Source of the DNA: Phormidium sp. OSCR
Lineage (GTDB): Bacteria; Cyanobacteriota; Cyanobacteriia; Cyanobacteriales; Geitlerinemataceae
Length of the DNA: 64,000 nucleotides
Direction of reading: 5' to 3'
Assembly: GCA_001314905.1 (NCBI GenBank)
Contig: LJZT01000001.1
Span: forward strand, 37,074-101,073
The notes below the pieces were generated by a model that ran no database searches, was not told the origin of the DNA, and was given only the letters and a program-made list of their open reading frames with translations. Shown here one piece after another: positions 1 through 8,609 of the stretch. Each line of letters opens with the position of its first letter. Position 1 is the stretch's first letter. The translations under genes were made by a program, and so were the position numbers.

Positions 1-833
1 TCATTGTCCACCGTCCGCTTCCCGATGGTTTTAAGCTCAAAACTTGTACCATCGTTGGCAAAGCAGACGGGTGGTATTGCTGCATTTCCATGGAGGATAA
101 AACCGTTCCCGAATTGTTGCCGTTAGATGAGGTGAAATCTCCCGTCGGCGTTGATGTGGGGTTAAAAGAGTTTTTGACGACCTCAACGGGAGAAACGGTA
201 GCCAGACAACAAGCCTACCGCAAAACTCAAAGGCATCTGGCACGGCAACAACGGAAGTTAGCTCGCAAACAAAAGGGTTCAAAGAATGCCGAAAAGCAAA
301 AGAATCGCATCGCTCGCGTCCATCAACGGGTCGGACGCATTCGTCAGGATTTTCATGATAATACGGCTCACCAGTTGGTTAAAAACCACGACTTCATTGC
401 CGTAGAAGACTTAAACATCAAGGGACTGGCTCGTACTCGATTGAGCAAATCGGTCTTAGATGCAGCTTGGGGACAGTTTATCACGCTCTTGGAAGCAGTG
501 GCGGTCAAACGCGGCATCCGAGTGGTGAAGGTAACACCTTACGGCACATCTGTAGACTGCTCGAGTTGTGGTGCGAAGGTTCCGAAGACTCTCTCGATTC
601 GGCTGCATCAATGTCATCAATGCGGGCTGGAAATGGATCGGGATGAAAATGCAGCGCTCAACATTTTAATGAGAGCGTTAAAGGCGGTGGGACTCATCGT
701 CTCTGCCTGTGGAGGTCAAGAGGATACTCAACCTTTGAAGCAGGAAGCTGAGTGTTGGAGCGGAGTGCAATTAGCTCTGTTTTAACCTTAGAAGCCCCCA
801 TTATAGCGTCAGCTTAATGGGGGAGAACGTCAC
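1..833 (+). mobile_element. IS200/IS605-family element, right part (left end lies outside the window)
   Basis: tnpB ORF followed by the subterminal hairpin CCCCCATTA(795-803)/TAATGGGGG(815-823) and terminal TCAC (830-833), typical of IS605-type right ends. Confidence 0.85.
3..785 (+). CDS. tnpB: RNA-guided endonuclease TnpB, 5'-truncated by the window edge (frame is open from base 3, upstream of the ATG at 90)
   Basis: RuvC-I VGVDVGLK, RuvC-II IAVEDL, Zn finger CSSCG...CHQCG, RuvC-III DRDENAALNI. Confidence 0.93.
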   Translation: MVHRPLPDGFKLKTCTIVGKADGWYCCISMEDKTVPELLPLDEVKSPVGVDVGLKEFLTTSTGETVARQQAYRKTQRHLARQQRKLARKQKGSKNAEKQKNRIARVHQRVGRIRQDFHDNTAHQLVKNHDFIAVEDLNIKGLARTRLSKSVLDAAWGQFITLLEAVAVKRGIRVVKVTPYGTSVDCSSCGAKVPKTLSIRLHQCHQCGLEMDRDENAALNILMRALKAVGLIVSACGGQEDTQPLKQEAECWSGVQLALF

Positions 834-921
834 AACCAGGACATCCCGCCTTCAGACAACCTGACCACACCTTGGCAGGTCCTAACCCTGTTTCGGGTCC
901 CCATTCCCTCCCCCTGAACCC

Positions 922-3900
922 ATGTCCAACCAACCCCTGAGTCTCAGCACCCTAGCCATCCGGCGACATATTGGCACCTTAATCCTCACCGTTGCCGTCA
1001 TGGTTTTGGGTTGGTTCATTGTCACCCGGATGCCCGTAGACTTGCTACCAAGCATTACCTATCCTCGGATTGGTTTACGGGCCGATGCCCCCGGCGTTGT
1101 CCCAGAAGTGGCCGTCAACGATATCACCCGACCCCTCGAAGAAGCTCTCAGTGCCACCGAAGGGGTCGTGCAACTGTTCTCCCGGACCCGAGAAGGTCGC
1201 ATTAGCATCGATCTGTTTTTCCGTCCCAGCCAGGATGTCGATCAAGCCCTAAACGATGCCACCGCCACCTTGAACCGCGCCCGCGATCGCCTCCCAGATA
1301 CCCTAGATACGCCGCGACTGTTCAAATTCGATCCCTCCCAACTCCCCGTCTATGAAATGGCCCTAACCTCCCCCTCACTGCGGGCCGTAGACTTGCGGAT
1401 TTTTGCCGACGAAGAACTGGCCCGAGAATTAGTGCGAGTTCCCGGTGTCGCCAATGTGGATATCTCCGGCGGGGTGCGCGAAGAAGTCCGCCTCAACTTA
1501 GATTTAGACCGCCTACAAGCCGTCGGACTCAATATCTCCAATATCTCCAACGCTCTGCGCGAACGTAACCAAGATACCGCCGGCGGGTTAATCCGGGGGG
1601 GGTCTTCCGAAGCCCTAACCCGAGTCGCAGGACGCTTTAACACCGTGCAAGAGATTCGCCGCATCGCGGTCAGTGGGACTAGCAACGGGGAGAACAGCAA
1701 TCGTCAACTCTACGTCGAAGATGTGGCCCAGGTCATTGATGGAAGCGAAGAACAACGAGTTTTCGTGACCCTCAACGGTCAGCCAGCGGTGAAGGTGAGT
1801 ATTCAGAAACAACCCGAAGCCAATACCGTCGAAGTCGTCGAAGGGGTGGTGCGACGTGTCCAGGACCTCCGCAACTCAGGTCTAATTCCTGAGGATATGC
1901 AGATTGAAACCACCCTCGATGAATCTCGCTTTATCCGCAGTTCCATTCAAAACGTGATTACCGCTGGACTCTCGGGAGCGGGGCTGGCGGCGATCGCCGT
2001 GTTACTCTTCCTCGGCTCCTTACGTCAAACCCTAATCGTGGTTCTAGCGATTCCTCTGGCTACCCTCACCGCCATGATTCTCATGGGCCTGTTTGGACTC
2101 TCCCTGAATGTCTTTAGCCTTGGGGGCCTGGCCCTGGGTGTGGGAATTGTGGTGGATAACGCCATTGTTATGCTTGAGAACATCGCCAAAGGGGTCGAAA
2201 ATGCCCGCAATCAACAGCACAGCAGTAACTCAGAACCTCTCTATCGTCACTCAACCCTCAGTCCCAAACAGCAGTTTGCCCAACGAGTACGCCAACAAGC
2301 CGAAACCTCCGCCCAAGAATTGGAATCGGCCCTGCTGGCTTCGACAAGTACCAACCTCGTCGCTGTGCTTCCCTTTCTGATGTTGGGAGGCTTTATCTCT
2401 CTTCTATTCAACGAGTTGATTTTAACCATCAGTTTTGCCGTTGCGGCTTCGATGGCGATCGCCCTAACCGTGGTTCCCTCCTTAGCCGCGCGACTCTTAG
2501 CCATTCCTTGGTCCTTACGACTCGATCGCCTCCCTCCCATTTGGCTGTTTGGCCGCTTCATTAACCTCCTCACCAGCGGCTACCGAAAACTCCTCTCAGG
2601 AATCTTGCGGATACGCCTGTTAACCATTGCCCTGGCGGTCATTGTCCTCGGTGGTGGTAGCGTCTGGATGGCCGGGCAACTTTCCCAGGAAATCCTGCCA
2701 CGCATCAATACCGGCCAAGCTCAACTGGTGGCCCAGTTTCCTCCCGGAACCACCGTCTCCGATAACCGACAGGTGATGGCGGCGATCGACGACCTCTTAT
2801 TATCCCAACCCGAAACCGAATATGCCTTCAGTACCGCCGGCGGCTTCCTATTTGGCACCTCCACCAGTGCCAACTCCCTACGGGCCTCAAGCACCATCGC
2901 CCTCACCCCTGAAACCAACGTCGCTGCCTATATCGGACGAGTTAACCGCCAAATCAGCCAAGATATCCCCTTAGTTGATACCTCAGTTCGGATGCGTCCC
3001 GGCTCGGTGCGAGGACTCATTCTCAGTAACTCTCCCACTCGGGATGATATCGATGTCATGTTACAAGGAACTGATCCTCAGCGTCTCCAAGAGGCCGGAC
3101 GACTGGTGTTATCCGCCCTAGAACAACAAGCCACTCTGGCGACATATCAACCCGATGCCGAAGACCCCCAGCCGGAGATTCAAATTCGCCCAGATTGGGA
3201 GCGGGCCTCGGAGTTAGGACTCTCGGCTCAAGCCATTGGTGAAACCATCCAGACGGCATTAGAGGGGTCTGTGGTGACGCAAATTCAACGAGAGGATCGC
3301 CTCATTGATGTGCGGATGCAATACCCGACGGGGACGATTCAACGTGCCAGTCGTTTAGGGTCGATTCCCCTGTTTACGCCGGCTAATGACCTGGTGCGTT
3401 TAGGTGATATTAGTGAGATTAGTCCTGGAGTTGCCCCAGGGGAAATTCAACGCATTAATCAACGTCAGATTTTTCTGATTGAAGGGAGTCTCACGGACGG
3501 GGCAAATCTCAGTGATGCTCTGGCTGAAGTGGATGCTATTTTGGCGGGGTTAGACCTACCCCAAGGGGTGACACGAGCGCCGAGTTCGGCAGCCGAAACG
3601 AATGAGAATTTGCAAGAATCACTCCGAATTTTGGGCGCTTTGGCGACGTTTATGGTCTTTGTGGTCATGGCGGTTCAATATAACTCTTTGATTGACCCCT
3701 TGGCAATTATTTTAACTGTGCCATTAGCTCTATCTGGAGGAATTTTAGGACTATATTTAACAGATACTGCTGTCGGAGCAACGGCAATTGTTGGAGCGGT
3801 TTTGTTGGTGGGGATTGTGGTAAATAATGCAATTCTTTTGGTGGAATTAGCCAATCAAATTCGCCTGAAAAATGAGTTAACCTATTATGAGGCAATGTTA

Positions 3901-4185
3901 GAAGCAGCTCCACAACGGTTACGACCAATTTTGATGACCACGGTGACAACGGTTTTGGGCTTATTGCCTCTAGCACTTGGGGTCGGTGAAGGCTCGGAAT
4001 TTTTGCAGCCGTTAGGGATTGTCGTCTTTTCTGGATTGTCCCTAGCCACCGTGTTAACGCTGTTTATTGTTCCCTGTTTTTATACCCTGCTGCACCGTTC
4101 AGGTCGTCCTCGTCCGCCTCGTTTACCCAGTTCAGGTTGGGACTCGTCTCAGATGGAAGAGCCCCTCACCAGTGGTAAGTCTTGA
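922..4185 (+). CDS. RND efflux transporter permease subunit (AcrB/MdtB-like)
   Basis: 1087 aa; two TM/periplasmic repeats; GIVVDNAIVMLENI, GIVVNNAILLVE and RLRPILMTT motifs. Confidence 0.95.
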   Translation: MSNQPLSLSTLAIRRHIGTLILTVAVMVLGWFIVTRMPVDLLPSITYPRIGLRADAPGVVPEVAVNDITRPLEEALSATEGVVQLFSRTREGRISIDLFFRPSQDVDQALNDATATLNRARDRLPDTLDTPRLFKFDPSQLPVYEMALTSPSLRAVDLRIFADEELARELVRVPGVANVDISGGVREEVRLNLDLDRLQAVGLNISNISNALRERNQDTAGGLIRGGSSEALTRVAGRFNTVQEIRRIAVSGTSNGENSNRQLYVEDVAQVIDGSEEQRVFVTLNGQPAVKVSIQKQPEANTVEVVEGVVRRVQDLRNSGLIPEDMQIETTLDESRFIRSSIQNVITAGLSGAGLAAIAVLLFLGSLRQTLIVVLAIPLATLTAMILMGLFGLSLNVFSLGGLALGVGIVVDNAIVMLENIAKGVENARNQQHSSNSEPLYRHSTLSPKQQFAQRVRQQAETSAQELESALLASTSTNLVAVLPFLMLGGFISLLFNELILTISFAVAASMAIALTVVPSLAARLLAIPWSLRLDRLPPIWLFGRFINLLTSGYRKLLSGILRIRLLTIALAVIVLGGGSVWMAGQLSQEILPRINTGQAQLVAQFPPGTTVSDNRQVMAAIDDLLLSQPETEYAFSTAGGFLFGTSTSANSLRASSTIALTPETNVAAYIGRVNRQISQDIPLVDTSVRMRPGSVRGLILSNSPTRDDIDVMLQGTDPQRLQEAGRLVLSALEQQATLATYQPDAEDPQPEIQIRPDWERASELGLSAQAIGETIQTALEGSVVTQIQREDRLIDVRMQYPTGTIQRASRLGSIPLFTPANDLVRLGDISEISPGVAPGEIQRINQRQIFLIEGSLTDGANLSDALAEVDAILAGLDLPQGVTRAPSSAAETNENLQESLRILGALATFMVFVVMAVQYNSLIDPLAIILTVPLALSGGILGLYLTDTAVGATAIVGAVLLVGIVVNNAILLVELANQIRLKNELTYYEAMLEAAPQRLRPILMTTVTTVLGLLPLALGVGEGSEFLQPLGIVVFSGLSLATVLTLFIVPCFYTLLHRSGRPRPPRLPSSGWDSSQMEEPLTSGKS

Positions 4186-4258
4186 CGTGGCCAGCTCGTG
4201 ACTCAAGTGACGACTTAACATCCAAAGGCGATCGGTCGTCGTAGATTTAATGAGACAG

Positions 4259-4281
4259 AGCCAGTCTAAAAACTGGCTTTT
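4259..4281 (+). terminator. Intrinsic terminator after the RND permease
   Basis: AGCCAGT-ctaaaa-ACTGGCT stem followed by a T run. Confidence 0.6.
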
Positions 4282-4317
4282 CTCAATTACAGATAGTAGC
4301 GATTTTGTCTAGTTTCT

Positions 4318-4569
4318 ATGAGTCTCGACTATTGGTTTATGTTTCCCATCTCGGTTGTCATTGCCACCATCGCCATGGCCTCAGGAGTAGAGGGCGCAAC
4401 CTTCTTCACGCCTCTGTTTATTATTATCTTAAAACCGCCCACAGAAGTAGCTGTGGGAACCGGGTTGATCACGGAAGTATTCGGCTTTTCAAGTGGTTTA
4501 TACGCCTATTTTCGCAAAGGATTGATTGATTACAAACTGGCTAATACACGTACTTATCCGAGGTATTGA
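4318..4569 (+). pseudogene. N-terminal fragment of a TauE/SafE sulfite-exporter family membrane protein
   Basis: IATIAMASGVEGATFFTPLF...EVAVGTGLITEVFGFSSGLYAY resembles the TauE N-terminus; only 83 aa, and it runs into the convergent M23 gene. Confidence 0.7.
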
Positions 4570-6028
4570 CCTGAATATCTCCTGTGACCACAAACTCCAG
4601 AGACCAACGAGGAGGATTCACCCGTCGTCCATACCAATAGGTCTCCCAATGTAAATGCGGCCCATTGGAAATGCCACTATTTCCAACCGCTGCCACTAAA
4701 TCACCGGCGGAATGAACGCCTGGAATACAGTCACTGAGATGGAAGGCTTCAAACTCATAGGTAGGAAAACTACTGCTGCTGAACTGGGCCACGAGGCCCT
4801 TAGCACCATCGTAATAACAGGAGACCTTCACATCAGCTCCTTCTTTCCCAACCGCGTAGAGGGGCGCACCATACGGCATCGCTAAATCAACGCCCCAATG
4901 GGAGACATCCCAAGAGCCGGTGACGGGATGTTGGCGGCGACAGTCGGAGGCGTCGGCCCGTTGACAAGGTAGATAGATATCACTGACGCGATAGCCGCCA
5001 ATACGCCAGTTGCGATCAACCGGCTGATCGAGAGCAGGCGGTAAACTGGCCGCCAACCCTTCAATGGGTCGCTTGGAGCTGCGAGCAATGCGAGTTAGGG
5101 GGGAGGTTTCGTCTTGGGACAACGGTTCGCTCAACACTTCGACTGAAGGAGCTTTGGCGGATTTTAGTTTCCCGAGGGCGATCGCACCTGAGCCGTCGTC
5201 GGCGTCCTCACTGACGCTCTCGCTTAACTCTGCTGTGGGAGCGGCCACCGTCTCAGTCGGGTTGGCCGCTATCTCCTGGGAATTGGTGTGAGGAACGCCG
5301 CTGGCTGGGGGGGTCCTGTCTAACTCAGCCTGGAGTGGCCCGGCGGGGATGGATTCGACCTCATCCTGTGGCTGTTGTCGGCCCGGCAAAGAGACAAGGG
5401 CTGGGTCATACCAATGCCAAATCCCCCAACTGGCTGCCCCTAGAAGGGTTAGGAGGATGATCAGCAGTTCTAAATGTAACTGACGACGTTCTGCGTCTAG
5501 GATTTGATTATGTTGTTGTTGTAGAGCGGCGACCCGAGCTTGGGCGATCGCCCGCTGTTTCTGCCAGTCTGTCTGAGTCGGGGTGTTGGGCTGGCGCGAG
5601 AGGGGATCGGGCCAGTCCCCCGTCGGCGCCGCTAAGGGGATCTGAGTTACCCCTCTACCACGGTTGTGAGGCGCATATCTAGCTCCTGAAGGCGCCATTA
5701 AGCCGTGATCCGCAGCTAAGACCGTGCCAGAGGAAGAGAACTCGCTGTTGGCTTCCCTAGGCAGCGATGTAGCCCGGTTGGAACGATTCATGACGGGCGG
5801 GGCTGGGTGCGATAAGCGACGAGGAAACGCATCAATCGAGTCGGGATTGACTTTCCGAGCCGGAGAATGAGTCATTATTTCGGGACATATGTTGTAGATG
5901 ACCAAGAGCCGATGACAACCTGAATAACGAGATTCAGATTGTTTGGCAACGTTTGGCAAAACAGTCGGGGGACATTGCACCAGGCAACGTTCTTGAATGA
6001 GCCTACCAGTTGAGCAATTTGAGTTCAA
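4541..6028 (-). CDS. M23 family metallopeptidase with one TM segment (start may be the ATG at 5875)
   Basis: C-terminal HWGVDLA (HxxxD) and VGNSGISNGPHLHWE (HxH) motifs; hydrophobic LLIILLTLLGAASWGIW. Confidence 0.85.
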   Translation of the reverse strand: MNSNCSTGRLIQERCLVQCPPTVLPNVAKQSESRYSGCHRLLVIYNICPEIMTHSPARKVNPDSIDAFPRRLSHPAPPVMNRSNRATSLPREANSEFSSSGTVLAADHGLMAPSGARYAPHNRGRGVTQIPLAAPTGDWPDPLSRQPNTPTQTDWQKQRAIAQARVAALQQQHNQILDAERRQLHLELLIILLTLLGAASWGIWHWYDPALVSLPGRQQPQDEVESIPAGPLQAELDRTPPASGVPHTNSQEIAANPTETVAAPTAELSESVSEDADDGSGAIALGKLKSAKAPSVEVLSEPLSQDETSPLTRIARSSKRPIEGLAASLPPALDQPVDRNWRIGGYRVSDIYLPCQRADASDCRRQHPVTGSWDVSHWGVDLAMPYGAPLYAVGKEGADVKVSCYYDGAKGLVAQFSSSSFPTYEFEAFHLSDCIPGVHSAGDLVAAVGNSGISNGPHLHWETYWYGRRVNPPRWSLEFVVTGDIQVNTSDKYVY

Positions 6029-6030
6029 TT

Positions 6031-6118
6031 GTAGCTCAATACTGACGCAATATCCGTGGTATTACTTAAATTCTCTCCGTAGCTCAAGACTGAGGCAACA
6101 TACGTGGTATTACTGAAA
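6031..6118. repeat. Two 40-bp direct repeats (35/40 identical) with an 8-bp spacer
   Basis: GTAGCTCAATACTGACGCAATATCCGTGGTATTACTTAAA (6031-6070) vs GTAGCTCAAGACTGAGGCAACATACGTGGTATTACTGAAA (6079-6118). Confidence 0.9.
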
Positions 6119-6164
6119 ATGACACCCTGTTTGCCGAATCAGCCGAATCAACGGATAACCGGTC

Positions 6165-6224
6165 ACGATCACAAAACTGACGATCACAAAACTGACGATC
6201 ACACAACTGACGATCACACAACTG
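6165..6224. repeat. 4 x 15-bp tandem repeat ACGATCACA(A/C)AACTG
   Basis: Direct reading: units start at 6165, 6180, 6195 and 6210. Confidence 0.95.
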
Positions 6225-6243
6225 TCAAGAAACAGCAAACAAC

Positions 6244-6876
6244 ATGGATGCCATTGAGATACGACCAGAAACGGGACTAGAGCCGAGAGGCGCCTTAGTC
6301 CTTCTCCATGGTTGGGGGGCCAATGCTCGCGATTTAGCCTCCTTACTGCCAATTTTAGACCTGCCCGATTATCTCTGTTTCTGTCTCGAAGCGCCACTGC
6401 TACATCCCCTAGTCCCTGGGGGCAAGATGTGGTACGACCTCGAAACCGAAGCCTATACGGGATTAGAGCAAAGTCGTGCTGAACTCGCCGCTTGGTTGGA
6501 TAATTTTGAGCGTCACTCGGGGATTCCTCTGAGTCAAACGATTTTAGGGGGGTTCTCTCAAGGGGGAGCGATGACGTTGGATGTGGGCTTCCATTATCCC
6601 TTGGCGGGGTTGGTGGCGATGAGCGGCTATCTCCATGGAGAACCGCAGTTTCAGGCTCCCATTCCGCCGGTGTTAGTCATGCACGGGCGCTTTGATCGGG
6701 TGGTTCCTCTGACGGCGGCTCAGCGAACTCGTGATACCCTGACGGCGGCGGGGACTGCGGTGGAGTATCACGAGTTTGATATGGCTCATGAGATTTGTCC
6801 GCTGGAAGTGGTGCGGTTACGACAGTTTAGCCTGGATGTATTAGCAGATTCCTCTGAGAAGGAGTCCCTGGGGTAA
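6244..6876 (+). CDS. Alpha/beta hydrolase (phospholipase/carboxylesterase family)
   Basis: LLHGWGAN, GGFSQGG nucleophile elbow, HGRFD and AHEI motifs. Confidence 0.9.
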   Translation: MDAIEIRPETGLEPRGALVLLHGWGANARDLASLLPILDLPDYLCFCLEAPLLHPLVPGGKMWYDLETEAYTGLEQSRAELAAWLDNFERHSGIPLSQTILGGFSQGGAMTLDVGFHYPLAGLVAMSGYLHGEPQFQAPIPPVLVMHGRFDRVVPLTAAQRTRDTLTAAGTAVEYHEFDMAHEICPLEVVRLRQFSLDVLADSSEKESLG

Positions 6877-7016
6877 TCATGACCAGATTGGCGATCGAGA
6901 TTGCGAAAGGTTAACTCCTGGGGCGATCGCCCCTGAATGTCCTAAGATGAAAGCTAAGGGGTTTGTTAGAAGCCATCGAGATGCGGTTAAGGCCGGGTTT
7001 CGAGTGGGTTCCCCTG

Positions 7017-7040
7017 ATTGCATCATGTTTAAGATGCAAT
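7017..7040. promoter_or_regulatory. Perfect inverted repeat ATTGCATC-N8-GATGCAAT, candidate operator
   Basis: 8-bp arms, about 50 bp upstream of the ATG at 7090. Confidence 0.4.
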
Positions 7041-7089
7041 TGCTCTAGGGAATTGTGTTGTGCATTCTAGGAATAGGGAGGCGACCGTC

Positions 7090-7302
7090 ATGACCACGAT
7101 TACTGTGTCTCGGGACGATTTATCCACTGTCACCGAAGACCAAGTGAAGCTCTTAGCGAATCGACTAGATGCGGATGATTATCCAAATCCGTTTGAAGGA
7201 CTCGAAGACTGGCACCTACTGCGGGCGATCGCCTTTGAGCGTCCTGACCTCGTCGAACCCTACAGTTATCTACTAGAATTTGAAGACTGCGACGAAAGCT
7301 AA
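7090..7302 (+). CDS. Small conserved cyanobacterial protein, DUF2555-like
   Basis: LANRLDADDY...LEDWHLLRAIAF pattern; GGAGG RBS upstream of ATG 7090. Confidence 0.7.
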   Translation: MTTITVSRDDLSTVTEDQVKLLANRLDADDYPNPFEGLEDWHLLRAIAFERPDLVEPYSYLLEFEDCDES

Positions 7303-7354
7303 CTCCCCGAGATGATGCTTTCGATCGCCGACAACTGTAGTTTTCGGGTCTTCC

Positions 7355-8590
7355 ATGGCATCACTGACAGGACGACGGGTTCTCATCGGCATAACCGGCG
7401 GTATTGCAGCCTACAAGGTCTGTGAGGTGGTCTCCAGACTGGTTCAGGACGGGGCTGAGGTTCGCGTCATTCTCACATCGGGGGCGCAGGCCTTTGTCAC
7501 TCCTTTAACCCTGGCCACCTTATCACGGCATCCCGCCTACACCGATGAGAGCTTCTGGCAGTCGATTCATGGACGACCCCTACATATTGAATTAGGAGAG
7601 TGGGCTGATGTCTTTGCCATTGCGCCCCTAACCGCCAATACCCTGGCCAAACTCAGTCACGGGTTTGCCGATAACCTGCTAACCAATGTTGTCTTAGCCT
7701 CAACCTGTCCCGTGTTACTCGCACCGGCGATGAACACGGATATGTGGGAACAACAAACCGTTCAGGAAAATTGGCAGCGATTACAAGAGAATCCTCGCTT
7801 TCATGGGATTTCCCCAGGAGCGGGGCTTTTGGCCTGCGATCGCGTGGGTGTGGGCCGCATGGCCGAGGGCGATCGCCTCGTCACCCACATCGAATCCCTC
7901 CTCCATAGTGGTGGTAAACAAGATTTAGCGGGATATCACATCCTCGTTAGTGCCGGGGGAACACGAGAGTATTTTGACCCGGTTCGCTTTATTGGCAATC
8001 CCGCCACCGGCAAAATGGGAGTGGCTGTCGCTCAAGCGGCGGCCCATCGGGGGGCCAAGGTGACCTTGGTTCATAGTTGTCTCAATGCTAACGCCATTGC
8101 CCAACTGTCTGAGATTGACAGTATTCCCGTCACTAATGCCGAGGAAATGCGTCAGCAGATGCAGCAGCATTTTCCCCAAGCGGACTGGGTGGTGATGGCG
8201 GCGGCGGTGGCTGATGTGAAACCGGCTCAATACTACGGGCAAAAGTTGGCCAAAGATAAGCTTCCCGAGTCTCTCCCCATCGTGCCGGTGGCCGACATTG
8301 TGGCCGAGTTGGCGGCACAGAAACAACATCAGCAACGAGTGATTGGCTTTGCCGCTCAAACCGGCGATATTGTTGCCCCCGCCTTGCAGAAGTTACGGCG
8401 CAAAAAACTCGATGCGATCGTGGCCAATCCCGTCGATGTCCCTGATGCTGGGTTTGGCAGCACCACCAATCAAGCGGTGTTTATTGATGCCAATGGCAAT
8501 CAAACCTCAATTAACTCCTGCACCAAACTGCAACTGGCCCATTATCTCTTGGATTGGGTGGATCATTTGCAGCCCGTCTCAGATGAGTAA
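7355..8590 (+). CDS. coaBC: Phosphopantothenoylcysteine decarboxylase/ligase
   Basis: [48 protein letters not shown]. Confidence 0.96.
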   Translation: MASLTGRRVLIGITGGIAAYKVCEVVSRLVQDGAEVRVILTSGAQAFVTPLTLATLSRHPAYTDESFWQSIHGRPLHIELGEWADVFAIAPLTANTLAKLSHGFADNLLTNVVLASTCPVLLAPAMNTDMWEQQTVQENWQRLQENPRFHGISPGAGLLACDRVGVGRMAEGDRLVTHIESLLHSGGKQDLAGYHILVSAGGTREYFDPVRFIGNPATGKMGVAVAQAAAHRGAKVTLVHSCLNANAIAQLSEIDSIPVTNAEEMRQQMQQHFPQADWVVMAAAVADVKPAQYYGQKLAKDKLPESLPIVPVADIVAELAAQKQHQQRVIGFAAQTGDIVAPALQKLRRKKLDAIVANPVDVPDAGFGSTTNQAVFIDANGNQTSINSCTKLQLAHYLLDWVDHLQPVSDE

Positions 8591-8609
8591 CTGACCCAGA
8601 ACGGAATAG

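Noticed and set aside
6031-6224. Possible mini-CRISPR array
   Set aside because: Only two 40-bp units with an 8-bp gap; the other repeats are contiguous with no unique spacers; no cas genes in the window
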